The notes beneath the pieces are model-generated. The model ran no database searches, was not told where the DNA came from, and worked only from the letters and a program-made list of their open reading frames with translations. DNA of 32,000 nt, from the NCBI RefSeq assembly GCF_000196355.1, contig NC_007614.1, forward strand, positions 120,001 through 152,000, read 5' to 3'. This document shows, piece by piece, positions 1-8,685 of this stretch. Numbering within the stretch: position 1 is the first letter of the stretch; each line of letters starts with the position of its first letter. The DNA comes from Nitrosospira multiformis ATCC 25196. GTDB taxonomy: Bacteria; Pseudomonadota; Gammaproteobacteria; Burkholderiales; Nitrosomonadaceae. Position numbers and translations under genes: made by a program.

Positions 1-248
1 TTATTAACCGGAAGGAAGCTGGTTTTGAAGGATAGCAAAATCGAGTTATCTATGAAGCTCTATGGGGCAACATTAAGCCCAGTTCTCTAGTCAATTGCTG
101 AAAAGGTACCTGCCTCAGAAGCCCTGGAGCTGCTTGGAGCCGTAGATGTCTGGGCTCGGAATAAGTCTTCATGTTAATTAGCGAGTCTGGCGGATACAAA
201 TTAGGTAAGTTGGAGGCCTTGTACCTCCTGACCTGCCCCTCCCATTAG

Positions 249-356
249 TTTCATGACGTAGTAGAGTCCGATTGTAAATTAAAACTACCCCAGTTTCTGG
301 GGATGAGGTCAGGATATCTCAGCCCTGTAGACTTTGAAAGAACTCAATTAGCTTAG
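249..356 (+). pseudogene. IS3-family transposase (OrfB) C-terminal remnant
   Basis: Frame reads FHDVVESDCKLKLPQFLGMRSGYLSPVDFERTQLA* (stop 354-356). The GY-x-SP-x-(D/E)FE ending is the usual C-terminus of IS3-family DDE transposases. All frames in 1-248 are interrupted by stops, so only a remnant remains. Confidence 0.35.
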
Positions 357-419
357 CTGTGCGTCTTCAAAACCGGCAACAGCCCAAGACTTCAAACCCC
401 ATTACCGCGAAGCGTTAGG

Positions 420-1574
420 TTATTTTTGTAAAACGGAAAAGGCTGCCCTCTGGATCGTAGTGAGCCTCTGATCAACCATTAATTCCTTAATTATCTTTCT
501 ATTTTGTTCAGTAAGGCTCGCTTGATCGGTATTAGGATACGCTTCCTTCATCCCAGCAATATCAATCTTCGATAACGTCCGGTTTGGTGGGATATAGCAA
601 GAACCAGTTTTAGGCAAGGGTTGCTTGAAAATTATGTATGGCAATGCGTAATGCATGATTGAGTTTGGATCATATACGGTATAGGCCACTTTGCCATCAG
701 GGGAATCTCCCACTTTAAACCCATTCTTCATACCAGTTAGCGATGAAACTTCAATTCTATGGAAGTTTTCTTTTATCTCACTATCGTCCCATCTGTATAT
801 TTGTTTTATCTTTCCCGTATCCATTTGAGCTTCACAGTCTGCAGCTGGTGTTTGATGTTCATGATGAAAGCCTAGCGCATGCCCAAATTCGTGTAATACA
901 GTAGTAGCAAATTCTGGATCCTTGGGATCACGAGAATCAAAATCCTGAAGACCCATACTAGGAGCAGATACTCTATACATAGAGTCCGTCCCGATCAAAG
1001 ACCAATAACCTTTCGTACGGAATGTAATTCGAATATTACTACTTTCATTTGGAGAACAGGTTCTGTAAGCGGGGGCAACTCCGAAATCAAATTTAACGTT
1101 ACCGTGATTCGTCCAAGTTTTAGCAAATTCTACAATAGCTGGCCTCGCAGTTTTCCCTTCCTCATAAAAGCAAATCTTTACTATTGTGCCTGGGTCCCAA
1201 GTTTTAGCACGCAGAATTACAGCTTCGACTTTCTTTTTGTCGGCTTCAGTTAGACCATATATATTTTGAGATCCGGCCTCTCTAGCTAGAGCAGAAGCAA
1301 TGACAATAGCATGACTCTGATCTTTCATGGCGATTAACGTCGCGCGTTCGGAGTTGCGCAGTTGCGAATTTTCGTCTTTATCGCTGCTAATTTGATCGGG
1401 TGCAGGTGTCGAATTTCTTAGTCCGGTGGAGTCCGATATATTCGATAAGTTTTCCGATTTTAACCCCGGCAAGTCGTGCGCCACTGCGACGTTCGTAAGC
1501 CCAAATACAATAAGTACAAGATTACAGCGAATAATTGCGGATCTACAGTCAGCAAAGTTAAAAATGTTTAACAT
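420..1574 (-). CDS. Secreted zinc metalloprotease, astacin-like metzincin
   Basis: 384-aa ORF with AGGAG 6 nt upstream of ATG 1574. Hydrophobic signal-like N-terminus (LVLIVFGLTNVAVA). Extended zinc site HEFGHALGFHHEH (HExxHxxGxxHE) and Met-turn SIMHY, as in astacins (M12A). Confidence 0.8.
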   Translation of the reverse strand: MLNIFNFADCRSAIIRCNLVLIVFGLTNVAVAHDLPGLKSENLSNISDSTGLRNSTPAPDQISSDKDENSQLRNSERATLIAMKDQSHAIVIASALAREAGSQNIYGLTEADKKKVEAVILRAKTWDPGTIVKICFYEEGKTARPAIVEFAKTWTNHGNVKFDFGVAPAYRTCSPNESSNIRITFRTKGYWSLIGTDSMYRVSAPSMGLQDFDSRDPKDPEFATTVLHEFGHALGFHHEHQTPAADCEAQMDTGKIKQIYRWDDSEIKENFHRIEVSSLTGMKNGFKVGDSPDGKVAYTVYDPNSIMHYALPYIIFKQPLPKTGSCYIPPNRTLSKIDIAGMKEAYPNTDQASLTEQNRKIIKELMVDQRLTTIQRAAFSVLQK

Positions 1575-1813
1575 CGTTCGCTCCTAAGCAGAAAAGGCGT
1601 ACTCGTCTTCGTGATCCGCTAGACAAATGGTGATTCTGGGATTTTTAAGTTGATCCTATTTAAAACAGGTTTCTGCCATATGGTCTGAGCTGCTGTCGAT
1701 TTTAAAGAAGACGTAAAACTAGGCGACCCTGGTAAGGCGGAGCGCTTTGCCTATCATGGCCTGTGATCCGCAAGTACTGGCAGCCGCAGTTCACTTAAAT
1801 ACCTCCAACGCAG

Positions 1814-2899
1814 TTATTTTTTCATGTCCTCCAAGTTTTTCCTTGCCTCTAGAAGTTGCCGCCGTGCGTCAAGGTATGCTGCTTCATTGGCAGCCGATTC
1901 CTTTGCAGTGTCAAATCTTCCGGTAATTGCTTGGGCAACACCGTTGAGAAGACTGAGGGGTGTCGTTATAAGTCCGTATATTTCACTCGGATAATCTAAC
2001 GTCGATTTAGTTAGCATTCCATTAGAAAATGTATAGTCATGCTGCCTCGTTACAAACACACCACGATTGACCGGCGCGGACCTAACCGTTTTTCGATCAG
2101 GTATGGTTACCCAGAACGAATACAATTTCCTTTCTACATCATCACCTTTACCTTTATATTCTATTTTAATCAATAAGTTAAATGGATCTCGGTAAACGAT
2201 ACCAGGGATGCCGGGCGTCTCCGTTTTATCCGTCTGTTCTTCCACTTGTTTAAATTTCTTTTCCTTTTCCATCTGTTTTTTCGCTTGGTCGAATTTTTGC
2301 TTCAGGGCATCCTCCCAGTCCTTCAGCCGGTCGTCCTCGCCGATCTCTAGGAAGAAACAATTCGCGTTCAGCTCCTTCAACTGGAGGTCGTTCTTATTAT
2401 ATGGATCAATGTCGACATGTACGGTGAAAGGTATAGCAAGGGCGGGGACACAAGTTTTCTCTTCCTCTTCCTCTTTCTCTTTCTCTTTCTCTTTCAATTC
2501 AGCCAACGGCACGATTTTTGCTACAGCACCAGCAAACGCCCCTATTTGCTCGGCAATTTCGATTCCTTTATAGGTACTTTTTGTGGTGACGCTCGTAAGC
2601 AAACCGTCTTTAGTAGTCTCAACGACGAAATTGTCGTCATACCACCAACTGTGATGAGGGACTAAATATAATTTTTTTGCCTTTTCATCCGGAACCAATT
2701 TCGATTCGACAGTAACGCTAACTTCTTTTTTCTCATCGACCGTACCACTAATTGATACAAGTCCCCTAGGTAAATAATACTGCCGCGTTATTCCAACTTT
2801 CTCGTCTTCTGACCCAAGTATCTGTTTGGTCTGGTAGATCGAAGCACAGCCCGACATCATTAACAGCAAAATTATGGCAAACAGGCTTTTTAAATACAC
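1814..2899 (-). CDS. Lipoprotein of unknown function with an EK-rich linker
   Basis: 361-aa ORF with a GTG start and GGAGG 6 nt upstream. N-terminus MYLKSLFAIILLLMMSGCAS contains a lipobox (LMMSG/C). Central KEKEKEKEEEEEK low-complexity linker. No family recognised. Confidence 0.7.
   Translation of the reverse strand: MYLKSLFAIILLLMMSGCASIYQTKQILGSEDEKVGITRQYYLPRGLVSISGTVDEKKEVSVTVESKLVPDEKAKKLYLVPHHSWWYDDNFVVETTKDGLLTSVTTKSTYKGIEIAEQIGAFAGAVAKIVPLAELKEKEKEKEEEEEKTCVPALAIPFTVHVDIDPYNKNDLQLKELNANCFFLEIGEDDRLKDWEDALKQKFDQAKKQMEKEKKFKQVEEQTDKTETPGIPGIVYRDPFNLLIKIEYKGKGDDVERKLYSFWVTIPDRKTVRSAPVNRGVFVTRQHDYTFSNGMLTKSTLDYPSEIYGLITTPLSLLNGVAQAITGRFDTAKESAANEAAYLDARRQLLEARKNLEDMKK
2459..2494. repeat. 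Hexanucleotide microsatellite (ctcttc x2, ctcttt x4) inside the lipoprotein gene
   Basis: Six tandem 6-nt units read directly from the sequence. On the coding (minus) strand they are (AAAGAG)4(GAAGAG)2, encoding the EK/EE run. Confidence 0.9.
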
Positions 2900-3481
2900 T
2901 GATTACCTCCCGAGTAGTTTGGTTATGACAACTGTTACCTGCCAAGGTGAACCAATTGTCTTTTGGCCATCCGTTTAGGCTTTTTACCCTTCCCCCAGCC
3001 GCCTATCAGTTTCTCACAACCCAATACTCAATATAGTGTATCAAGCTTGCGACTGCACCAGCTCAGGCAGCGCAGGATTACCTTCGCAAAAATTGCGCCC
3101 GCGGCTTGCAACTCATTTATCGGCATGGTTCAGAATAACCTCTTTCTCAGCAGCATTTTTTCCTCCTCTTCCCGTTGTCTTGAAGCAGCGTTCTCCTTGT
3201 TTTTCTGATGGTGCTCCTTGGCAAGGGCCAATATTTCTTGTGGCCTATTCAGACTAATCTTTTGCATTACCTCAACCCCGTGGGGTAATGCGAGAGCATA
3301 TAGAGCAGCTCACTGCGGAATATCGTTCGATGAGTGTTATTTCAAACTGTGAATGTGGAATAGATGAGAGAGATGATCCACCCGTAATTACTTTTTAATC
3401 TCGCAATTCAATTATTTATAAGCTTGAGCGGAGCGCATTGTTCCGATAGTCTTAACATACAATATTTTATATAATAGATGG

Positions 3482-3838
3482 GTGAATAAGCCGATAGACG
3501 AACCAAAGCCAATCGAGTTCAGGGGAAATTCCCTTAGTGATCTACGCACCTTCCCTGTTTTGGCTCGGCGTGAGACGGGATTTCAGCTCCACCTAGTGCA
3601 ACATGGTATCGAGCCAGATCATTGGAAGCCGATGAATACGATTGGCCAAGGCGTACGCGAGATCCGCATCTGGGATGAATCCGGTGCTTTCCGGGTCATT
3701 TATGTTGCAAAGTTTGCTAATACCGTCTACGTGCTTCACTGCTTCCAGAAGAAAACCGCAAAAACCAGCAAGGAAGATATTAAATTAGCCGAGAAACGGT
3801 ATCGCGATCTTTTACAGGAATTGAGGTTAGCCAAATGA
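3482..3838 (+). CDS. RelE-fold toxin, HigB / phage Gp49-like
   Basis: 118-aa ORF with a GTG start. GVREIRIWDESGAFRVIYVAKFANTVYVLHCFQKKTAKTSKEDI fits the Gp49/HigB-type pattern (EiRi..g.yRviYv...vyvLhaFqKKtqkT). It overlaps the next gene by 4 nt (ATGA). Confidence 0.75.
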   Translation: MNKPIDEPKPIEFRGNSLSDLRTFPVLARRETGFQLHLVQHGIEPDHWKPMNTIGQGVREIRIWDESGAFRVIYVAKFANTVYVLHCFQKKTAKTSKEDIKLAEKRYRDLLQELRLAK

Positions 3839-4119
3839 GCAACGAACGATTTGCCAGTGTATGGGATGCGATTGAAGATACTCCCGAAGAAGCAGAAAAC
3901 ATGAAGCTTCGTTCCTCCCTGATGCTGGCGCTGAAAAATCATCTGCTTCGCAATAACATCAGTCAGACTGAAGCTGCTAGGTTGTTTGGAGTCACGCAAC
4001 CTCGTATTTCTGATCTGATGCGTGGAAAAATCAACTTGTTTTCCCTAGATGCCTTGGTGAATATGGCTGCTGCGGCCGGTCTGCATCTTGAAATTCGTGT
4101 AGTTGAAGAGACTGCATAA
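3835..4119 (+). CDS. XRE-family HTH antitoxin (HigA-like)
   Basis: 94-aa ORF with helix-turn-helix ISQTEAARLFGVTQPRISDLMRGK. The toxin-first gene order and translational coupling are as in higBA-type modules. Confidence 0.75.
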   Translation: MSNERFASVWDAIEDTPEEAENMKLRSSLMLALKNHLLRNNISQTEAARLFGVTQPRISDLMRGKINLFSLDALVNMAAAAGLHLEIRVVEETA

Positions 4120-4837
4120 CATGGAATTGATCGAGAAACGGTTGAAGGCAGTGCTTGCCTGACATGCGACAGGTGGAAAATCATAGTGGAAGACAAAGAG
4201 CATCCTCAAGACACCGCCAATGTATTGGTTGACCTCTGTTTTGAAATCGTTGTCCGGTCTGCGCTGCGAACATGAAGCTGCCATTACGATAATCGCGTAA
4301 TGCCACAAGACAGATTTCTCCAGATTGGGCCAATTATTAATTGGCTTGGTTATCTATGTCTTGCCTGCCTAGCTCAATCAAAAACCCCTTAGCAGAAAAG
4401 TCGTCAAGATTGCGAATGGCAATACGCTGACAGTCCTCGATGAGTCAAATCGGCAGCACAAAATCAGACTTCTGGGGATGATGCGCCTGAAAGTGAGTGC
4501 GCAGCCGTTTGGCACCGTATCCCGGTAAAACCTGGCCAACGTGGTGTTTGGCAAAACAGTTGCTGTGGAGTGATTCAGCACCTGTTGCACCATGGGATTT
4601 CAGGCACAACAAGCGCATTGCCTGTTGCAGAGAAAGGATGCAGCATCACCTTTTTTGCTCATAGTTTTCCCCAATTGGCGGGGACAGGTCTGTTGATAAC
4701 ATTGCCAAAGTTGTGTCCCCGCTTGAGTTTTCGTTACTGCTTAAGATCAGCGCTTTGCCCCAGCATGGATCATGGCAGCCGCTCAAGACTTTCCACTTCA
4801 GATATCCATACTCAACAATAGGTGTACCTAAGTCCAA

Positions 4838-4866
4838 TTGTCAGTATTATTCCTATCGATAAAAAT
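4838..4866 (+). promoter_or_regulatory. Candidate sigma70 promoter upstream of the deaminase gene
   Basis: TTGTCA at 4838-4843 is followed after 16-17 nt by TAAAAAT (4860-4866), about 55 nt upstream of ATG 4924. This is a sequence pattern only. Confidence 0.3.
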
Positions 4867-4923
4867 GGTAACCCCCTGTTCTCTAAGGTTTCTCTAAGTA
4901 GTTTATTCAACCAAAACAAAAAT

Positions 4924-6393
4924 ATGAAAATAGATAACCAATTGAAGAATTGCGAACTGGTATTGGGTATTGTCGCCCCGGTTGGGGTAAATCTCGATGA
5001 CGTACAGAACCGATTGGAATCTTTTTTTAATCAATTTCTTTACGAATTTCATTTCATCCATATCAGCAAACTCGGTCAACCCTACATAGAAGCTCCTCTC
5101 CCTAACCTCACAGAGCTTCAACGACTTGATAACGGAATGAACAATGGAAGATTCCTTCGAAATAAATTCAAGAGAGGAGATTTTTATGCGCTTTTGGCAA
5201 TAAAGGCGATCAATCAGAAAAGAGCCAGTATCAATGGTAAAACTAGGTTACTGAAAAGATATGCACATGTAATTAGATCATTAAAACACCCTACTGAAGT
5301 GGAAACACTTCGCCGTGTTTACGGGGATGGTTTTTTTCTATTAGGCGTATCTTCGAGCATTGAAAGCCGAAAATACTATCTCAAAAATATAAAGGGTGTG
5401 CCGGAAGAAGAAATCGATAGATTGATCTCCCGAGATGATAAAGAAGCAGGTGACTTTGGACAGAGAACGCGAGACGTTTTCCAATTAGCAGATGCATTTG
5501 TTACGACAGATGATACGGCACGCCTTTCTGAACAACTTTCTAGAATACTAGACCTTTTATTTGCAGCTCCTGTCGTTTCCCCAACAGCTGATGAGTATGC
5601 GATGTTTATGGCATACGCAGCATCCCTTAGATCCGCCGATCTATCGAGACAAGTTGGTGCGGTAATCTCTAACGTATACAACGACATAATTGCGACTGGA
5701 GCCAACGATGTGCCGCGTTTTGGGGGAGGGCTTTACTGGCCTACCGATGAGGATCAAAGAGACTACGTGTTGGGCAAGGACTCAAATGAAATGGAAAAAA
5801 GAGAAATTACCCTACGCATCATGAAGAAGCTTGAGCCTAACAGTCAGAAAAATGATGAATATCTAATAGCAGAAGGTAAAAAAATTCTCAGCGACACGGG
5901 AGTACTCAATATTTCCGAATATGGGCGAGCAGTTCACGCTGAAATGGAAGCAATAATCTCGGCTGCGAGGAATGGAATATCTATACGGGGTAGTACCTTA
6001 TATTCTACCACTTACCCTTGCCATAACTGTGCAAAGCATATTGTCGCAGCAGGGATCTCTAAAGTCAGATACATTGAACCCTATCCGAAGAGCTATGCAA
6101 TAAAGCTACACGAAGACTCAATTGAAGCGAATGGTAGGGGCGAATCGAAAAAGGTACAGTTTGAGGCATTTGTTGGAATCGGGCCAAGAAGATTCGTTGA
6201 TTTATTCTCGACGAGTTTGAGCAGTGGACGAAAGTTGATCAGAAAACAAGATGGACGCTTGGTAGAATGGAAACGTAACTCTGCCGAATTGAGAGTCCCG
6301 ATGATTCCACTATCTTATTTGGAAGCGGAGACTTGTGCCGTTGAGGAACTAAACGAGGTTCTTCGGCACATCTCAAATGAGATACTTTCTTAG
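4924..6393 (+). CDS. DcdV-type anti-phage deoxycytidylate/dCTP deaminase (kinase-like N-domain + CMP/dCMP deaminase domain)
   Basis: The C-terminal half carries the zinc deaminase signature HAEMEAI ... PCHNCAKHIVAAGI. The N-terminal ~230 aa begins with a lysine-less P-loop-like GIVAPVGVNL. Size and two-domain layout match DcdV / anti-phage dCTP deaminases. The ORF is open from GTG 4822, but the first ATG at 4924 lies downstream of the candidate promoter and is preferred. Confidence 0.75.
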   Translation: MKIDNQLKNCELVLGIVAPVGVNLDDVQNRLESFFNQFLYEFHFIHISKLGQPYIEAPLPNLTELQRLDNGMNNGRFLRNKFKRGDFYALLAIKAINQKRASINGKTRLLKRYAHVIRSLKHPTEVETLRRVYGDGFFLLGVSSSIESRKYYLKNIKGVPEEEIDRLISRDDKEAGDFGQRTRDVFQLADAFVTTDDTARLSEQLSRILDLLFAAPVVSPTADEYAMFMAYAASLRSADLSRQVGAVISNVYNDIIATGANDVPRFGGGLYWPTDEDQRDYVLGKDSNEMEKREITLRIMKKLEPNSQKNDEYLIAEGKKILSDTGVLNISEYGRAVHAEMEAIISAARNGISIRGSTLYSTTYPCHNCAKHIVAAGISKVRYIEPYPKSYAIKLHEDSIEANGRGESKKVQFEAFVGIGPRRFVDLFSTSLSSGRKLIRKQDGRLVEWKRNSAELRVPMIPLSYLEAETCAVEELNEVLRHISNEILS

Positions 6394-6614
6394 CTATTTG
6401 TCTTGCCGTCAGCATTCCCTACACTACAGTATTAAATCCGGGACAGCACTGAAGAATATTTCTCCACATACCGTAAGAAGTGATAACGAGATTTTTTTCC
6501 TTGTAATTCCAGCACACAATTTGCTCCGTTTTTTATTGGGTAAGCGTGTGAGATGGAGCGTGTTCTATAAAACCCGGTGATGATCTAAATACGCCCCATC
6601 ATATTGACAACGCA

Positions 6615-7904
6615 ATGTTTAAAAAAATCGTACTACATGGTTGGCGTCAGTTCCGGAACGTTGACATCGATTTCCACCCACGTCTGACAGTGCTGACTGG
6701 AGCTAATGGAGCAGGTAAGACCACGTTATTAAATTTGGTTAGTAGGCACTTCGGTTGGGACGGGTCATTTATAAGCACACCAGTACCACGTCGGTCGAAC
6801 CCGAGTCTCATGTATTCGACAGATTTTTGGGATATAGACGATATCCAAGTTGACATTATCCATTCCTTTGAAAGAGAGCAGAATCGGAAAAAGCAAGCTG
6901 CTGCGCAAGGATCGCAAACAACAATTGGGAAAATTATTTACGGAGATGGAACTGAGACACTAATAACAGTACCAAATAGCGAAGTCGGATCAAGATACGA
7001 TGTAAGTATTCCGGCACGACAACGCATCGATGGCCTGCATATTCCTTCACACCGCGCACCGTCCACTTATCAGCAGGTTCAAAATATTCCGACGATTCCT
7101 CGCAGAAGACAGGAGGTATTTAACCAATATCTTAGTCTTGTCCAGAGTAGATACCTTGGAAGCTACACTCAATGGTCTCCACAGTATTACATGAAGGAAA
7201 CGCTAATCAGTCTAGCTACTTTTGGATATGGCAATGCAGTTGTAGATGCAGACCCAGAGTCTGCTAGGCTCTTTGAGGGGTTTCAGGAAATTCTTCGAAA
7301 AATGCTTCCTCCAAAACTCAGGTTTAAACGCTTACAAATTCGTGTTCCGGAGGTTATTCTAGAAACAGAAACGGGAAACTTCTCTATCGATGCTCTCTCC
7401 GGAGGGGCTGCAGCAGTAATAGATTTAGCGTGGCAAGTATTTATGTATGAGCCATCAGAAAGTGAGTTTGTGGTAACACTGGATGAGCCTGAGAATCATC
7501 TGCATCCCGAACTGCAGCAGAGAGTTTTGGCAGATCTCCTGACAGCTTTCCCGTCCGTACAATTCGTAGTCGCTACCCACAGTCCATTCATTGTTGGATC
7601 TGTACCCCATTCTCATGTTTATGTACTCGGATATGACGACAGTCGCCGCGTAAATAGCACTCTGCTAGATACAGTAAACAAAACTGGGACGGCCAACGAA
7701 ATACTGAGAGACGTGCTTGGACTTGAGTTTACGATTCCAGTCTGGGTCGAAAACAGGTTGGAGAATTTGATTGAAAAATATTCGAAAAAGGATTTCACGG
7801 AAGACAACCTAATGATGCTTCGTCAAGAAATGACTTCGCTTGGTTTGGGCAAGCACGTACCTCAAACGATTTCAATGCTGGCACAGAAGAAGGATGGGCA
7901 ATGA
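6615..7904 (+). CDS. ptuA: Septu-like ATPase PtuA (AAA_15/21, ABC/SMC-like)
   Basis: 429-aa ORF with Walker A GANGAGKTT, Walker B region VVTLDEPENHLHP and H-loop VATHSPF. It is translationally coupled (ATGA at 7901-7904) to an HNH nuclease gene. Confidence 0.75.
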   Translation: MFKKIVLHGWRQFRNVDIDFHPRLTVLTGANGAGKTTLLNLVSRHFGWDGSFISTPVPRRSNPSLMYSTDFWDIDDIQVDIIHSFEREQNRKKQAAAQGSQTTIGKIIYGDGTETLITVPNSEVGSRYDVSIPARQRIDGLHIPSHRAPSTYQQVQNIPTIPRRRQEVFNQYLSLVQSRYLGSYTQWSPQYYMKETLISLATFGYGNAVVDADPESARLFEGFQEILRKMLPPKLRFKRLQIRVPEVILETETGNFSIDALSGGAAAVIDLAWQVFMYEPSESEFVVTLDEPENHLHPELQQRVLADLLTAFPSVQFVVATHSPFIVGSVPHSHVYVLGYDDSRRVNSTLLDTVNKTGTANEILRDVLGLEFTIPVWVENRLENLIEKYSKKDFTEDNLMMLRQEMTSLGLGKHVPQTISMLAQKKDGQ

Positions 7905-8551
7905 TCAAGCTAAATAAATTGACTGTGCCACCTGAGATTGCGGAGAAAATTAGACAGCGCCAGCAGCATTACAATGAACTTGATGCGAAAGGTGAACAAA
8001 TACCAGATTCCCTGGCTTCCGCATATAAAGCACCTGAAGTTAAAGAGTTACTTCGATGCGAAACTGCGGAAAAATGTGCTTATTGCGAGAGCAAAATATC
8101 TCACGTCGATTACGGAGATGTAGAGCACCTACTTCCAAAGTCTAAGTTTCCTCAGCTGAGATACAGCTATGAGAACTTAACTTATACATGCAGTGTTTGC
8201 AACACAAAAAAGGGGGATTTTTTTGACGCACAAACACCTCTACTAAATCCTTACAAGGATAAGCCTGAAGATCATCTGATGGCGGTAGGATCAATGATTT
8301 TCTTTATCCCAGGGAGTGATAGAGGTTTAGTTACTCAGAAACGGCTTGCATTAAACCGAAGCAACCTAGTGGAACGGCGTGGCGAACGTTTGGAGAGCGT
8401 AGCTACTCTCATTGATCAGATTGCTCGAACGAAAACATCAGCCATCAGGGAGGTGCTTCTCCATGAATTAAAGGAAGAATGCGAAGCTAGTGAGGAGTAT
8501 GCTTTTGTGGTACGAACTTACGTGGAGGCAGTTCTTCCGTGGATCAATTAG
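7901..8551 (+). CDS. ptuB: Septu-like HNH endonuclease PtuB
   Basis: 216-aa ORF with HNH motif CAYCESKISHVDYGDVEHLLPKS ... NLTYTCSVCNTKKGD. Its position immediately after the ATPase fits the PtuA/PtuB layout. Confidence 0.75.
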   Translation: MIKLNKLTVPPEIAEKIRQRQQHYNELDAKGEQIPDSLASAYKAPEVKELLRCETAEKCAYCESKISHVDYGDVEHLLPKSKFPQLRYSYENLTYTCSVCNTKKGDFFDAQTPLLNPYKDKPEDHLMAVGSMIFFIPGSDRGLVTQKRLALNRSNLVERRGERLESVATLIDQIARTKTSAIREVLLHELKEECEASEEYAFVVRTYVEAVLPWIN

Positions 8552-8685
8552 CAAGTAAGGATCAGTTTGGGAGATATTAGGTTAGGAAACCTTCGGAAGA
8601 TTTTTAATGGTTGTCTAGACACGAAAAGCGAACGCGAAAAGAAGGCTTGGAAAATTGCTCCTAAATTAGGTAAATCCATCATCTT

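Noticed and set aside
2208-2665. Plus-strand ORFs with FLFLFLF / SSSSFSFSFSF runs
   Set aside because: These are artefacts of the hexanucleotide repeat read antisense to the lipoprotein gene.
4378-4837. Short ORFs 4378-4593(-), 4570-4821(+) and 4646-4837(-)
   Set aside because: They overlap one another, have no motifs I can recognise and are interrupted in neighbouring frames. They are treated as non-coding or decayed sequence (see the DcdV finding).
4822-4923. N-terminal extension of the deaminase ORF from GTG 4822
   Set aside because: The extension is AT-rich and low in complexity, and it would include the candidate promoter at 4838-4866. The first ATG at 4924 gives a start (MKIDNQLKNCELVLGIVAPVG) close to the first conserved motif. 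Not excluded experimentally.
6394-6614. Possible retron (RT plus ncRNA) upstream of the PtuAB pair
   Set aside because: No reverse-transcriptase ORF lies anywhere nearby, and the 220-bp gap has no obvious long inverted repeats.
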